Source: Octopus bimaculoides
Lineage: Eukaryota
DNA: 44,487 bases
Direction: 5' to 3'
Assembly: GCF_001194135.2 (NCBI RefSeq)
Contig: NC_068987.1
Coordinates: 40,892,003-40,936,489 of the forward strand
The notes below the pieces were generated by a model. It searched no databases, was not told the DNA's origin, and saw only the letters and a list, made by a program, of their open reading frames with translations. Shown here one piece after another: positions 33,150 to 44,487 of the stretch. A program made the position numbers and the translations under genes. The number at the start of each line of letters is the position of its first letter. Position 1 is the first letter of the stretch.

Positions 33150-34590
33150 CCTGTCTGAAGCAACTATGACCAGTTGATTTGGCTGAAAACCTAAATGAGA
33201 CTAACCAAGCTCATGGATGTTATCCAACCATTTTGTTTGTGGTCTACCCCTGGGTCTCCTATTGGTTGGTTTTGCCTGTAAAACCTGTCCAGCGATTCTT
33301 TCCTGGGACATTCTTACATGTCCATAGTATTGAAGCTGTGATCTCTCAATTTGGAGTAGTGGCGGCTCTACTTGGAGCACCTCTCTGACCTCCAAGCTAT
33401 GCACACTGAGTAATCCTAGTCCAAAGACCCTTCAGAGGAATGCCATTTCTGCCAATTGTATTTGTGATTGTATTCTTTTTGTCTTTACCCAAGATTCATG
33501 ACCATAGATAAGGGTAGGTATGAACATTGAATTGAAGATAATGAATTTGGCTTTTACACTTACTCCCTCCTTCTGATGACCAAATTGGCACATTACTATA
33601 CCAGCTCTTGTTATTTTTGCCTTTAAGTCAGCCCTCCATCACTTATGAAAACACCCCTGTAATACTTGAACTTCTCCTCTTGCTTCAGTGGAGTTTCACT
33701 CATATGTAGAGTGCATTGCACCAGCTTCCTTCAGAGGATGAGTGTTTCAATCTTCACAGCACTGCCAAGCAGCACTCAACAGCAAACCTATCAAGTGCAT
33801 GTTGAAAATCACCTTCTAACGAATTGAATAATATCATGTTGACTACAAATTCTAGCCAACTGATCCCACACCTGCCAGTTTTGATACCATTTCCAGCCTA
33901 GGTGCACATATCAATTTTGTCCGTGAAGATTATGAACAGAAGAAGTGACACTATGCACCTTTGGCAGAGTCTGACAACCACATTGAATGGTTTCAACTCA
34001 GTGCCATTTATCCAAACACAAATGCTAGGGCATTCACATAGGGACTTCAAGGCAACAAGAAGCTGTCCATTGATCCTATACTCCTGCAGAACCTTCCACA
34101 AGTTCTGTGAAACTAGGTTGTCTGCCTTTTCGAGGCCTATGAAACAAGCAAGCATACACCTCTTGGCCATACTCACATGGTTTCTTGAAGACATTCCACA
34201 ATGTGAATATTTGGTTGGCTGTGCTGTGTCTGGGATGAAAACCATACTGTTCATCAACTAGTTTGAACTCAACAATATCCCTACATCCCTTTGCCAGACA
34301 TCCACTATGGACTTTAGCAGGGAGATTCATCTTTAATTAGAGCAGTCCCTCTTGTCTCCCTTTTTGAAAGTGGATTATCATTCTGATGTCACTGCTTAAG
34401 AGCATTTCTGGAAATTCAGGCCATCTGATGCACACAAGTCTGTTAGAGAATACCTTCTCTACTTAAAACCTTTAACAACTCGAGCTGAATTTCATCCTCA
34501 CCTGAGGCCGAGCCACATTTGAACTCTTGTGACCTCAGTCTCCAAGAGGCTAGTCATCGCTCTTTGGTGTACCTTGTGTACTTCAGAAGA
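33150..34590 (-). mobile_element. Degraded RTE LINE of the Expander/Rex3-like type
   Basis: EQYGFHPRHSTANQIFTL...EYGQEVYACFIGLEKA...LWKVLQEYRINGQLL...SLLLFIIFTDKI; C-terminus VEPPLLQIERSQLQYYGHVRMSQERIAGQVLQAKPTNRRPRGRPQTKWLD. Confidence 0.75.
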
Positions 34591-34599
34591 TGTGACTGG

Positions 34600-34880
34600 A
34601 TTTAGGAGATCAAATAAAGTATTCTTTCATCTCATGAGGATGTGGCTTTCTTCAGAGAGATCTCCAAGTGAGTTTCTGTGGAAGGGGACTTCTTGTTGTA
34701 ACCAACAAGGTAACAGGTCTCTAAGCTTCCTGCATCTTATTCTTATTTTAGCAACTATACTTTTAGAACATTCTCCTCTACGCTTAATTAAGGCACATAG
34801 GTAACTTAACCTATCTACCACTTCCATGGAGCCTCTAGGACATTCAATTCTAACCCAAACTTTTAGTAACATTATGCCTT
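34600..34880 (-). mobile_element. RTE LINE fragment
   Basis: CPRGSMEVVDRLSYL...CSKSIVAKIRIRCRKLRDLLP, homologous to the 16200-16330 region. Confidence 0.7.
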
Positions 34881-34944
34881 ATTTGATTTACTTATTTGGG
34901 TTTTTGTCTGTTGCTAATTTTAATTTTTTTCCCTCCTTCCACAG

Positions 34945-35120
34945 CCTTTTGACAAATTATGGAAAGAGCGACCAGACTTTCACCGTGTCTTACACCCAAT
35001 AGAAGGTGACATTATGGAAGAGAAATTGGGACTAAAAGACAGAGATAGTAAACTGCTATCTGAAGAAGTAGAGATTGTTTTCCACAGTGCAGCAACAATT
35101 AGATTTGATGAACATATCAG
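34945..35120 (+). CDS. FAR1: Fatty acyl-CoA reductase second coding exon (equivalent to vertebrate FAR1 exon 3)
   Basis: Polypyrimidine tract plus CACAG acceptor; GTGAGA donor; 176 nt, phase 0 in and phase 2 out, fitting the 24282 donor. PFDKLWKERPDFHRVLHPIEGDIMEEKLGLKDRDSKLLSEEVEIVFHSAATIRFDEHI(R). Confidence 0.95.
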
Positions 35121-35649
35121 GTGAGATTGTTGTGGTTTGAAAATATTATAAACTACATGTATGTGTATGGTACAGAGTTTGATAAACAATATCAAGATTA
35201 TAAAAAAACATCATGTGATACAGAGATGTAATGTATTTGTAGTTATAGTTAATCATAATGTAATACAAATTAACTTATCACATGGGCTATCATTATTTAT
35301 AGCTGTTATAAAAAAAACTAATAACTGTAATTAATATCTTAGCTATTACAGTTCTATATTTAAGAGATGAGGAATTATGTACATTATTTACATTTGACTA
35401 CTGTGATACCTTCTTTCATCACTCTGACCCACCCTATCGCTCCCTCTTTCTCATCATGTCACTCATGCTGGTTTTCTATCCAATCCTCTCACCAATAACC
35501 AACAAACAAGATGAGGACAAATATCCATCAAATGTCAATAATGTAAATCTTAGCTATTGTTTTCCTTCATGCTACACTAAATTCAACAAATAGCTTTCAA
35601 CAAACCAGACAGATCTGCAATATCTCTATAAATGATGAAATATCTAATC

Positions 35650-36200
35650 AAGCAGCCCCATGGAATATAGCCCAATTAATTCGAAACAGAATTAGACTAG
35701 ATGAAATGCAGTTTGGTTTTTGTTTGGGAAAAGTACTACTGATGCTATTTTCTTAGTCAGACAACTTCAGAAGTGTTTAGCTAAGAGTAAACCATTGTAC
35801 ATAGCATTTATGGACCTGGAGGAAGCTGTGATATGGTGGTCTCTGAGGAAGCTAGGAGTAAATGAATGGCTTGTGAGAGCCATACAAAGGTAAGGTAAGA
35901 GTTAACCACAGTTCAGTGATGAATTCACAGTACAGGCAGGTGTTCACTAGGGCTTGGTTCTCAGTCCCTTCCTATTCATCCTTGTCCTGTAGGTCATAAC
36001 AGATGCATTCAAGACCAGCTGCCCTTAGGAACTACTATATGCTGATGATTTCACTCTCATAGTGGAATCTGTAACAGAATTGGAAAAGAAGCTCTAGGTG
36101 TGAAAGAAAAAACTAGAGTCAAAGTGTCTTAAAAGTTAACTTAGTAAATATCAAAGTTCTAGTAACTAGGAAAACATATAGGAAACTACTCACTTTAGTA
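35650..36200 (+). mobile_element. RTE RT fragment
   Basis: RNRIRLDEMQFGF..GKSTTDAIFLVRQLQ...KSKPLYIAFMDLE...LRKLGVNEWLVRAIQ...LYADD. Confidence 0.8.
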
Positions 36201-36461
36201 GGAGCGGACTGAGAGATCATTGTTTCTATGGTTAGATGCCCTTCCTAACAACAAGCGTTTTGCAGAGTTTTCATTTTCTTGTGGCATCACTGCTAGAGAT
36301 ATTGCCTTGTTCTATGTAAGACAAGAGTTTTTTTATGTTCCTTTGTTTAAGAGAAATATGAGTGAGAGAGAATGAGGGTGGAAGTGTAAGGGAAAACAGA
36401 ATATAAGAATTAGTGATAGGAGTGGGAAGAGAGGTAGCAATGGGAGCAAGAAGAAAAATAG

Positions 36462-36625
36462 TGATAGGCAGTAACCAGAGAGGTAATAATAGGCAGTGAG
36501 AAGAGAGGTAATGATAGGCAGTGAAAAGTGAGGTAATGACAGGCAGTGAAAAGTGAGGTAATGATATGCAGTGAGAAGGGAGGTGATGATAGACAGTGAG
36601 AAGAGAGGTAATGATAGGCAATGAC
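36462..36625 (+). repeat. 25-bp minisatellite, ~6.5 copies
   Basis: Consensus ATAGGCAGTGAGAAGAGAGGTAATG. Confidence 0.85.
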
Positions 36626-37199
36626 ATGTTGGTTATTGGTGAGAGGATTGGATGGAAAACCAGCATGAGTGACATAGTGAGAAAGTGGGAGTGATAGGAT
36701 TGGTCAGAGTCATGAAAGAAGGTATCACAGTAGTGAGGGCATGGGTAGTGCATATCAATGGAGAATGACAAAGAGGGTGCAGTGTGTACATACACATGAA
36801 GGTGAAAGATTGAGAGACAGCCATAGAGAGGGATGATGTTAAGAGACTGTTGTGGATGTCAATAAATGGGGAGAGTGAAAGTGATGGCTCACAGTAAAAA
36901 AGAGTGAAAATAAGAACTATTGAATGTGGACAGATCTGATGTTGTTACACCGGTGTCATGATGAAAAAGAGGTGAATGATAATGATGGTGGAAGAGAAGT
37001 GGACCAATGCAATGCAGAGCAGTTGTTGGATGCTTAATAGGAGCATATTGAATGTGAAATCCAATGTAGGTATATTATACATGCTACTTGAGTGGTTAGG
37101 TTCTCTCTAGCACCACATGTGGCTACTCATTTTTGTTATTTCCTTCATTGAGGTTCAGCTTTTTGAGATCAATAATCTTCATGTCTTCATAGGTTTTTC

Positions 37200-38400
37200 C
37201 CATCCATTTTGAGCAAGCATTTCTTTATGCAACTCAAACTTCCTTCCCCTTGACATTATATACCCATACTAGTGCAGTCTTCTGTCTTGCATGCTATATC
37301 TGATTCCTCTTGTATTCAGGTTTGCTCTCAGTTCATTTTTGCTCTTTTGTTTGTGCACATTAACATTACACATCAATTGAACATGCTCACTTCATTTCTC
37401 TCCAGTCTTTACATTTTTCTGTATTCAAGGCCATGCCTCACTACTGTATATCATCAAACTTCAGATGCAATCATCGTCCAATCTGTCCTTTACCCTGAGA
37501 GAGAAACACTTCATTACCAGAACAAGCAGTAACTTACTTGACTTTTCCCCATGTATTTATGCTGGCTACAATGCTTTTGTGACATCCACTTTGGTTATAT
37601 AATTAATAAAAGCTATCATCTACTTCTAGGGAGCCTTCTAAGCATTTGAAGGAGTTTATTACATGCATACTCTCACTGCTAGATGCTCCTATGCATCTGC
37701 CACTCATGAAATCTATCTTCTCTACCAGCTTGCCTATGATCCTACCTCTGTTGTATGTCTAGACTGGGTACTCTATGAAATATCTACCTATGCCTTTTAT
37801 ACATATCAAGCAGGACTTCTTTCCTGTGGAGTAAAACTTTAATCTCTGCTAAATGTACATTGAGGCTTCTTGATTCTACGTTATGCTACAAGGTCTGGAA
37901 TTTCTTATATAAATCTTCCACAGATTCAGCTATAAAACGTAGATCATCAGCATTAGTGTACAGGTGCCCCAAAAGCCAACTGATTTTGAACTTCACTGTT
38001 ACAGCTTAGAGGACAATAATAATAGGAATGGGATGAGAACTGAGCTTTGATGGACCCTTACCTGCATGCTAAATTTGTTGCTGAACTTATTGCTTACTGC
38101 CTTTCTGTACATAGCATGTATGGTCCTCACAACCCAATCATCTACACCCAGTTCTTCTTCATAGTATGTAGAAGAAACTTGTCAAAGGCCTTCTCTAGAC
38201 TGATGAATGCTAGATATCAAGGCTTACTCTTAGTTACGTACTATTTAGCTTCCTAGTTGTCTCATTAGTGCACTAAGATGGCATCAGTTGTGCTTTTCTT
38301 GGCACAAAATTGAAATGCATCTCATTTAAGCTAATTCTGTTCCTAATCATTTGTGCTATAACTCTTTTATCAACTTTCATAATCTGGTCCTATAATAAAG
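37200..38400 (-). mobile_element. Degraded RTE RT and C-terminal region
   Basis: Minus strand contains MHFNFVPRKSTTDAI, AFISLEKAFD and TLMLMIYVL (LLYADDL-like), plus RRLH-like C-terminal remnants. Confidence 0.65.
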
Positions 38401-38881
38401 TACCAATCTTGTGCAAGAATTGATTATTTTCTCTCTCTCCCTCTCTCTCTTTCTGTGAGAGAACCTGGCCTTCTGTCTGCCAGGTTTGTGGCAACAAAAA
38501 TGCTCAAGACATGTCATATACCCCAACAGTGCTCCTACAACTCTTTCAGGCACTAAGTCTTATGTCATAATTTGGTTACCACATAGTATCCTACAGTAGG
38601 GTATATTCCAGGGCTGGATATAAATGCAGAACTCCTCTTTACATAAGATTGATACAAGGATTATATACACAAGGATGGAGAATAACAGGCTTTAATAGTA
38701 GATCACAACATTTGTTTTGCACTGCACACCAGCTTTAAGTTGCTGAGTTTATATTCAAATACTATTAGGGAAGTACATTCTTTCTAACTATTGTGCAGTT
38801 GAATATTTTTCAGCAACAAAGGTGTGATGTGTTCTGGATTGCAAAGCAATATATCAGAGAGAATAGAGATGTGAGTGAGAA

Positions 38882-39200
38882 ATCATCAGCATCCTCGTTT
38901 AACATCCTCCTTCTATGATGGTATGGGTTGGATGGTTTGACAGGAGCTGACCAGGCAGAGTGTATTTTGGTATGGTTTTTATGGCTGAATGCCCTTCCTA
39001 ATACCAACCACTCCGTAAAGTGGGCTGAGTGCTTTTTACATGGCACTCGCACAGGTGTGGTCAGTTTTAGCATGGTTTTTTTACAGCTTGATGCCTTTCC
39101 AAATGCCAACTACTTTACAGTGTGGACTGGGTGCTTTTTACGTGACACCTGCAGTGGTAGGGTCACTAAATGACTTTGCAAGACAGAGTCTTTGAGAGGG
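38882..39200 (-). mobile_element. RTE 3' tail fragment with internally duplicated core
   Basis: CATCCTCGTTTAACATCC...GGGTTGGATGG; TGAATGCCCTTCCTAATACCAAC at ~38987 and TTGATGCCTTTCCAAATGCCAAC at ~39089. Confidence 0.7.
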
Positions 39201-39739
39201 GAGGGGGCAATGAAGGAGGTGATCTTGTGTCAGATGGTGAAAGATTAGAGTGTGACAGAGAGGCAGAAACATATGTTTTGCTGTAGATGAGGTCCGTGGT
39301 TACCCAGCCAGAGAGAGGGAGAGAGAGAGAGAAGAGAAAGAGTGAGAGTTAATAAAAACGAAGGCAGAAACAGTTACTTGGAGAGAGAGTGGGGGTTAAC
39401 AAGCGGTATGCTGCTGTAAAAGAGATACATGGTTACCTAGCCAGAAGTAAGGGAAAGGGAAGGAGGGAGAGAGATCGATCAAGAACGAGGGCAGAAACAG
39501 GTTTGTTGCTGTAGAGGAGATACATGATTACTCAGCCAGAGTGGAGAGCAAGGGAAAGAGAGAGAGAGAGAGGAGACAGCAAGAGTAGGAGAGGGATGGT
39601 GGCAAGTGTCAGGGTATACTTGCAAGGAACAGGTATCAAGGCATAAATGGAATGGTAGAGTAAGGAAGAGGGAAAGGGAATGGATAATGGTATACTTGCA
39701 CTTAGTGATTCAGAGAAGAAAGATGCATAGAAGTGCCAC

Positions 39740-40310
39740 TATGAAAGGTAGCTAAATGTGGAAAGTGCATGGAAGAAGAGTCTTTCAAATATTGAACCAT
39801 CTGAGTGACCAGCCATCAGAGTTGACAGCAGTATAATAGATAAGGCAATTAAGAATATGAAGACAGGGAAAGCTCCTGGACCATCAGGAATTACTGCTGA
39901 GATGCTTAAAATATCTGGTGGAATAGGATATAACCTAGTGACTGAATGATTTGTATAGTTAATCAGGTTGTTCATGTTGTTCAGGACCTGGACCATGTCA
40001 AGAAAGTTAGAATTATAGCTCAATTGTTTAGGAATAGAATTAAACCAAATGAGGTGCATTTTGGTTTTGCACCTGGGAAGAGTACCACAGATACCATCTT
40101 CCTAGTGGACAGCTGCAAGAGAAGTATTTGGCCTAAAGTAAACCATTATACTTGGTTTTTGTTGATCTTGTTGATCTTGCTCTGTTATTTGGTGGTCTCT
40201 AAGGAAGTTAGAGGGCTCAGTTCTCAGTCCACTTTTATTCATCATAGTCCTACAGACCATAACAGAGGAATTCAAAACAGGCTGCCTGTTGGAACTACTG
40301 TATGTTGAGA
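39740..40310 (+). mobile_element. RTE RT N-terminal fragment
   Basis: DKAIKNMKTGKAPGPSGITAEMLKISGGIGYNLVT; EVHFGFAPGKSTTDTIFLV. Confidence 0.8.
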
Positions 40311-40619
40311 GAGAGAGAGAGAGAGAGTGCAAGAGAGTGAGAGTGTGATAGTGCAAGAGAAATTTAGAGAGAGGTGGTGGGAAAGTACTAGGGTACACCC
40401 TCAAGGTACAGGGATCAGAATAAAAATGGGATGATAGAGTATTGCCAAGGGTGCATGAGTAGGGAGTGGGGATTTCACATGAGTGCAAAGCGTGTCAGGA
40501 TGGGGAATGCAGTGACTGGTAAAACCTGAGTATATAGAGGAGGTGGAGGACAACAGGATAGCAATGAAAATCTAATTCCTGTGTGTCCTTGTACTTATTT
40601 TTCCTGCACATCTGCCACA

Positions 40620-41290
40620 GGTGCAGACAACTTTCTCTTTTAATCTGTCTATGATTCCACTGCACCTCTTATGTACTCATAGCTTGCACTGGGTGCAATG
40701 AATGGAATTCCTTCCAACATAATGAGAAGGGCTTTTTATCTGACAGAAAGAGAGTCTTAGCTGCTTTCTTGCTAACAACAACTTTAGTCTTTGCTAGATT
40801 AACTTTGATTCCAGGTTTTACTTCCATATGTGGAATTTCTCTGATTCTATTATAGATTCTGCTATAAGTGCGAGGTCATCAGTACACAGTAGTTTCCTCT
40901 GTTATGGCCTGGAGGACTATGATGAGTAGGGGTCTGAGAACTGATCCCTGGTGCACTCCAACTTGTACACTAAATTCATTAATGTACTCATGGCTGACTC
41001 TCACACTACTGATAGCACTGCTATACATGGCTTGTACATTTTTAACAAGCCACTTGTCTACCAACTTCCTTAGAAACCTCCAGGTAACAGAGCAAGGGAC
41101 TCTTTCAAAAGCTTTCTCCAGGTTGATGAAAGCCAACTACAATGGTTTACTTTCAGCTAGTTACTTCTCCTGCCGCTGTCTCTCTTGGAAGATGGCATCT
41201 GCAGTACTCTTCTCTTCCCTGGCACAAAGCCAAACTGCATCTCATCCAGTTCAAGTCTATTCCTAATCAATTAGGCTATAACTCTTACTG
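40620..41290 (-). mobile_element. RTE RT fragment
   Basis: MAFINLEKAFERVPCSVTWRFLRKL...AMYSSAISSVRVSHEYINEFSVQVGVHQGSVLRPLLIIVLQAITEE. Confidence 0.82.
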
Positions 41291-43269
41291 TAATTTTCAT
41301 GACCTGAAAATGCTTCACTAGAAAAACAGACATGATATATGTATATAAAACAATCAGTACATTAATGTTGGATTTAATAACTGATTAACTTAAGCTCTGT
41401 GATCAAAATGTATGGATCACTGTTATTATTTAGATACATACTTATGGCCTCTAAATTTTTTCATGTAGTAATCCAATAATGCTTTGCATAAAATATTTCT
41501 CACAAAATTTTAAATATGTGAGTATATGTCTGTATGTATGTACATATCATCATCATCATCATCATTTAATGCTTATTTTCTATGCTCGCATGAGTTGGAT
41601 AGTTTCCTATTATTAATTTTATGTATGTGGTGTTCTAAGGTGCTAGTGTTTGCATATGATACTTTCAGTGTGCCACTTAAATATTTTATGGTATTTATTG
41701 GATTAAGAGAAACACCTATCCAATGCAGTAAAAACTCCTCCACAATCATTGATATTATATGTCATTCATAGATAGGGTTGTACCACAAGATGTTGGATTA
41801 TTTGTATCTTTTGTTCAGTTTGTTACTTCTAAGGTGTGGTGTGGGGTTGTGACTATTTAATGTGTTGTGTGTTAACCTCGTATTTTGGCTAAGTGGCTTC
41901 CATTTTATTTCTGGTATTTTCCTTTCTTATTTTTGGCCTACTCAGATTATCTACATCAGTTCATTGTTTACGACTATGTGTTTTTATGTGGAGTCTAGTT
42001 TTCCTAGCATTTTGGTTATCAGAATCAGATATATTATTATTGTATACATATTTTTTTTTTTGTGTTTCCAGCCCTTGCCAATGTAGTATTATAATAGGGT
42101 GCACAGGCATTAAAAATTGCTTCATTTGCTGATAGTCTTGATATTCTAATAGATGTTTTTTACTAGTCCCCTTATTATAGAAGGTGAATGATTCAACTGT
42201 ACGTTAATGTACATTAGGTTTGCATTAAAATATTAGTGTTATATTCTTGTCAGTTACAATAATATATGATGTTTAAAAGTAATTCCATTTGTTGCACCCA
42301 GTGTAAGCTATGGACATGTAAGAGGACATATATGGACACACACCCTACTGCAACAAACTAAACTACATATCCTCTTTTCTTTCTCACATTTCCCCTTTAC
42401 CGTGCATTATGCTTATGCTTGTCTCTCACTCCCCAATTCTGTCCTAACTGCCCTGCTCACTGTATCATTGCTATCCTGTTGTCTCCCACCTTCTCTGTAT
42501 ATCCAGGTTTCACCAGTCACTACATTCTCCACCTCACACTCTTTCCATTCAACCTTGGCAATATGCTATCAACCCATTTATATTCTGATCCCCATACTTT
42601 GAGGGTATGCCTAGTACTGTGCTACCATTTATCTCTTTCCCACTCTACCATCCCATTTAAATTCTGATCCCAATACATTGACAGTATGCCCCGGCACTTC
42701 ACCACCAGCTCTCTCCTGCTCTTTCTTACACTCTTACCCTTGCACTCTCTTCCACTCTCTCTCTCTCATTCTTGATCACTCAGTATTTCTTTCTGTTGCT
42801 CTCTCCCTCTGGGTAACCATGTATCTTCTCTGCAGCAGTAAACATGTTTCTGTCCTTGTTCTTGATCTCTCTCCCTCTGCCTGAGCAACCATGTATCTCC
42901 TCTACAGCAAGACACCTATTCCTATCTCTCTGTCACACTCTAACCTCTCATCACCTGGCACAAGGCCACCTCATCCAGTGCCCCCTTTCTTAAAGATTCT
43001 TTGTCTTGCAAGTTACTTGGTAACCCCGCCAGTGCTGGTGCATGAAGTCCACACTGTAAAGTGGTTGGCATTTGGAAGGTTATCTGACTGTAAAAATTAT
43101 GCAAAAACAGGCCTCACTGGTGTTGGTGCCATGTAAAAAGCACTCAGTCCACTCAGTAAGGTGTTGATGTTAAGAAAGGCATCCAGCCATAAAAAACCCT
43201 GCCAAAACTGAGTAGGGCTGACCAAAGCTTTGGGAGTAGATTTGTTAGATAGAAACTCAAAGAAGACTT

Positions 43270-43467
43270 TCATATGTATGAATGTATATATGCATATATA
43301 GGCACACAAACACACACACACATACATATACGCATATATACACACATGCATACATACACACTCACATATATACACATGCATATATACATATACACATACA
43401 TACATATACACACACTTATATGCACATACATATATACACACACGCATACATATATATATATATATAT
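43270..43467 (+). repeat. Compound (CA)/(TA)/(CATA) microsatellite (tail of a SINE fragment)
   Basis: Direct reading; preceded by GACCAAAGCTTTG..AGTAGATTTG..AGA.AGAAACT, a 3' piece of the CORE-type SINE. Confidence 0.9.
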
Positions 43468-43890
43468 CATCATCGTTTAACATCCGTTTTCCATGCTAGC
43501 ATGGGTTGGACAGTTTGACTGGGGTCTGGGAAGCCAGGAGGCTTCACCAGGCTCCAGTCTGATCTGGCAGTGTTTCTACAGCTGGATGCCCTTCCTAATG
43601 CCAACCTCTCAACCATCAGTGTAGTGGGTGCTTTTTATGTGCCACTGGCACAGACGCCAGAGGAGGCTGGCAACAGCCACAATCGGTTGGTGCTTTTTAT
43701 GTACCACTGGCATGGAAGCCAGTCAAGGCGGTGCTGGTATCGACCATGTTCGGATGGTGCTTTTTACGTGCCACCGGCATGGGTATCAGAACTACAATTT
43801 TTATTTGATTTTCATTTTGATGTTGATGTACTTAACTTGATAGGTCTCCTCAAGCACAGCAGGTCGCCCTACGATCCAAGGTACTTTTGA
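43468..43890 (-). mobile_element. RTE 3' tail element with three internal ~65-bp tandem units
   Basis: CATCATCGTTTAACATCCGTTTTCCATGCTAGCATGGGTTGGAC...; GGTGCTTTTTA(T/C)GT(G/A)CCAC(T/C)GGCA at ~43628, 43690 and 43757. Confidence 0.85.
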
Positions 43891-43900
43891 TATATATATA

Positions 43901-44150
43901 GGTGCAGGTGTGACTGTGTGGTAAGAAGCTTGCTTTCCAACCACATGGTTCTGGGTTCAGTTCCACTGCATGGTACCTTGGGCAAGTGTCTTTTGCTATA
44001 GCTTCAGGGCAATCAAATCCTTGTGAATGGATTTGGTAGATGGAAACTGAAAGAAGCTTGTCATATGTGTATATATATATGTATATGTGTGTGTATTTGT
44101 GTGTATATGTGTGTGTATATGTGTGTGTATTTGTGTATGTGTGTGTGTGT
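43901..44150 (+). mobile_element. tRNA-derived CORE-type SINE with (TG/TA)n tail
   Basis: A-box-like TGACTGTGTGG, B box GGTTCAGTTCC, CORE-like ACCTTGGGCAAGTGTCTT, then GGATTTGGTAGATGGAAACTGAAAGAAGC and a microsatellite. Confidence 0.8.
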
Positions 44151-44155
44151 ATTTG

Positions 44156-44487
44156 TGGAGAGGAGGTTCTGCAAGGTTCCTCACAGGCAAAGAACACAGG
44201 TACAAGATTCTCTGGGCAGGGAACACTGACGGGGTCGGGGGCGTAGGAATACTTCTAGCGGAGAAATGGGTGGATAAGGTAATCGAGGTCGTTAGAGTAA
44301 GTGACAGAGTACTTAAGATCAGACTAGTGCTTCATCATAGATTAGCTACTGTCATCTCAGCCTATGCACCTCAACCTGGGCTACCAGATGGTCTGAAAGA
44401 CCAATTCTATGACACCCTCTTGCAAACTACCTCGTCGACGAGTGACAGGGACCTTCTCTTTGTGGCTGGAGACTTCAACGGTCATGT
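44156..44487 (+). mobile_element. RTE LINE apurinic endonuclease domain, open frame to window edge
   Basis: WRGGSARFLTGKEHRYKILWAGNTDGVGGVGILLAEKWVDKVIEVVRVSDRVLKIRL...VISAYAPQPG...KDQFYDTL...LFVAGDFNGHV, with no stops. Confidence 0.9.

Noticed and set aside
43097-44246. Cluster of overlapping ORFs rich in Y/I/H/T/C/V
   Set aside because: Translations of dinucleotide microsatellites.
35121-44487. FAR exon 4 (expected N V x x T...HVSTAY)
   Set aside because: Searched by eye without finding it; it probably lies beyond the window. A short or diverged exon could have been missed.

Overview
AT-rich, intron-containing animal genomic DNA with two assembly gaps (2119-2294, 15988-16087). The SINE, RTE-LINE tail and microsatellite content look like an octopus genome; that species call is inferred from repeat families, not proven. 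The only host gene visible is a fatty acyl-CoA reductase (FAR1-like) on the + strand, present as three exons. A catalytic YxxxK exon (3947-4124) lies about 20 kb UPSTREAM of the start-codon exon (24027-24282) and the following exon (34945-35120), and I found no downstream FAR exons in between. The rest is a dense field of dead transposons: a full-length old Ty3/Gypsy element (8613-15800) with a piggyBac inserted in its gag zinc knuckle; a mariner/Tc1 chimera whose Tc1 half has DD36E spacing; a mariner with all catalytic Asp changed to Asn; hAT, Tigger/pogo, Helitron, Penelope, R4/Dong, Tx1/L1 and many RTE fragments; several SINE families; and a 521-bp tandem repeat. The most interesting structural signal is two head-to-tail SINE arrays in opposite orientation, one next to the donor of the catalytic exon and one next to the acceptor of the start exon. 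I found no evidence of a wholly new enzymatic system. The best leads concern gene architecture, RNA structure and TE evolution.
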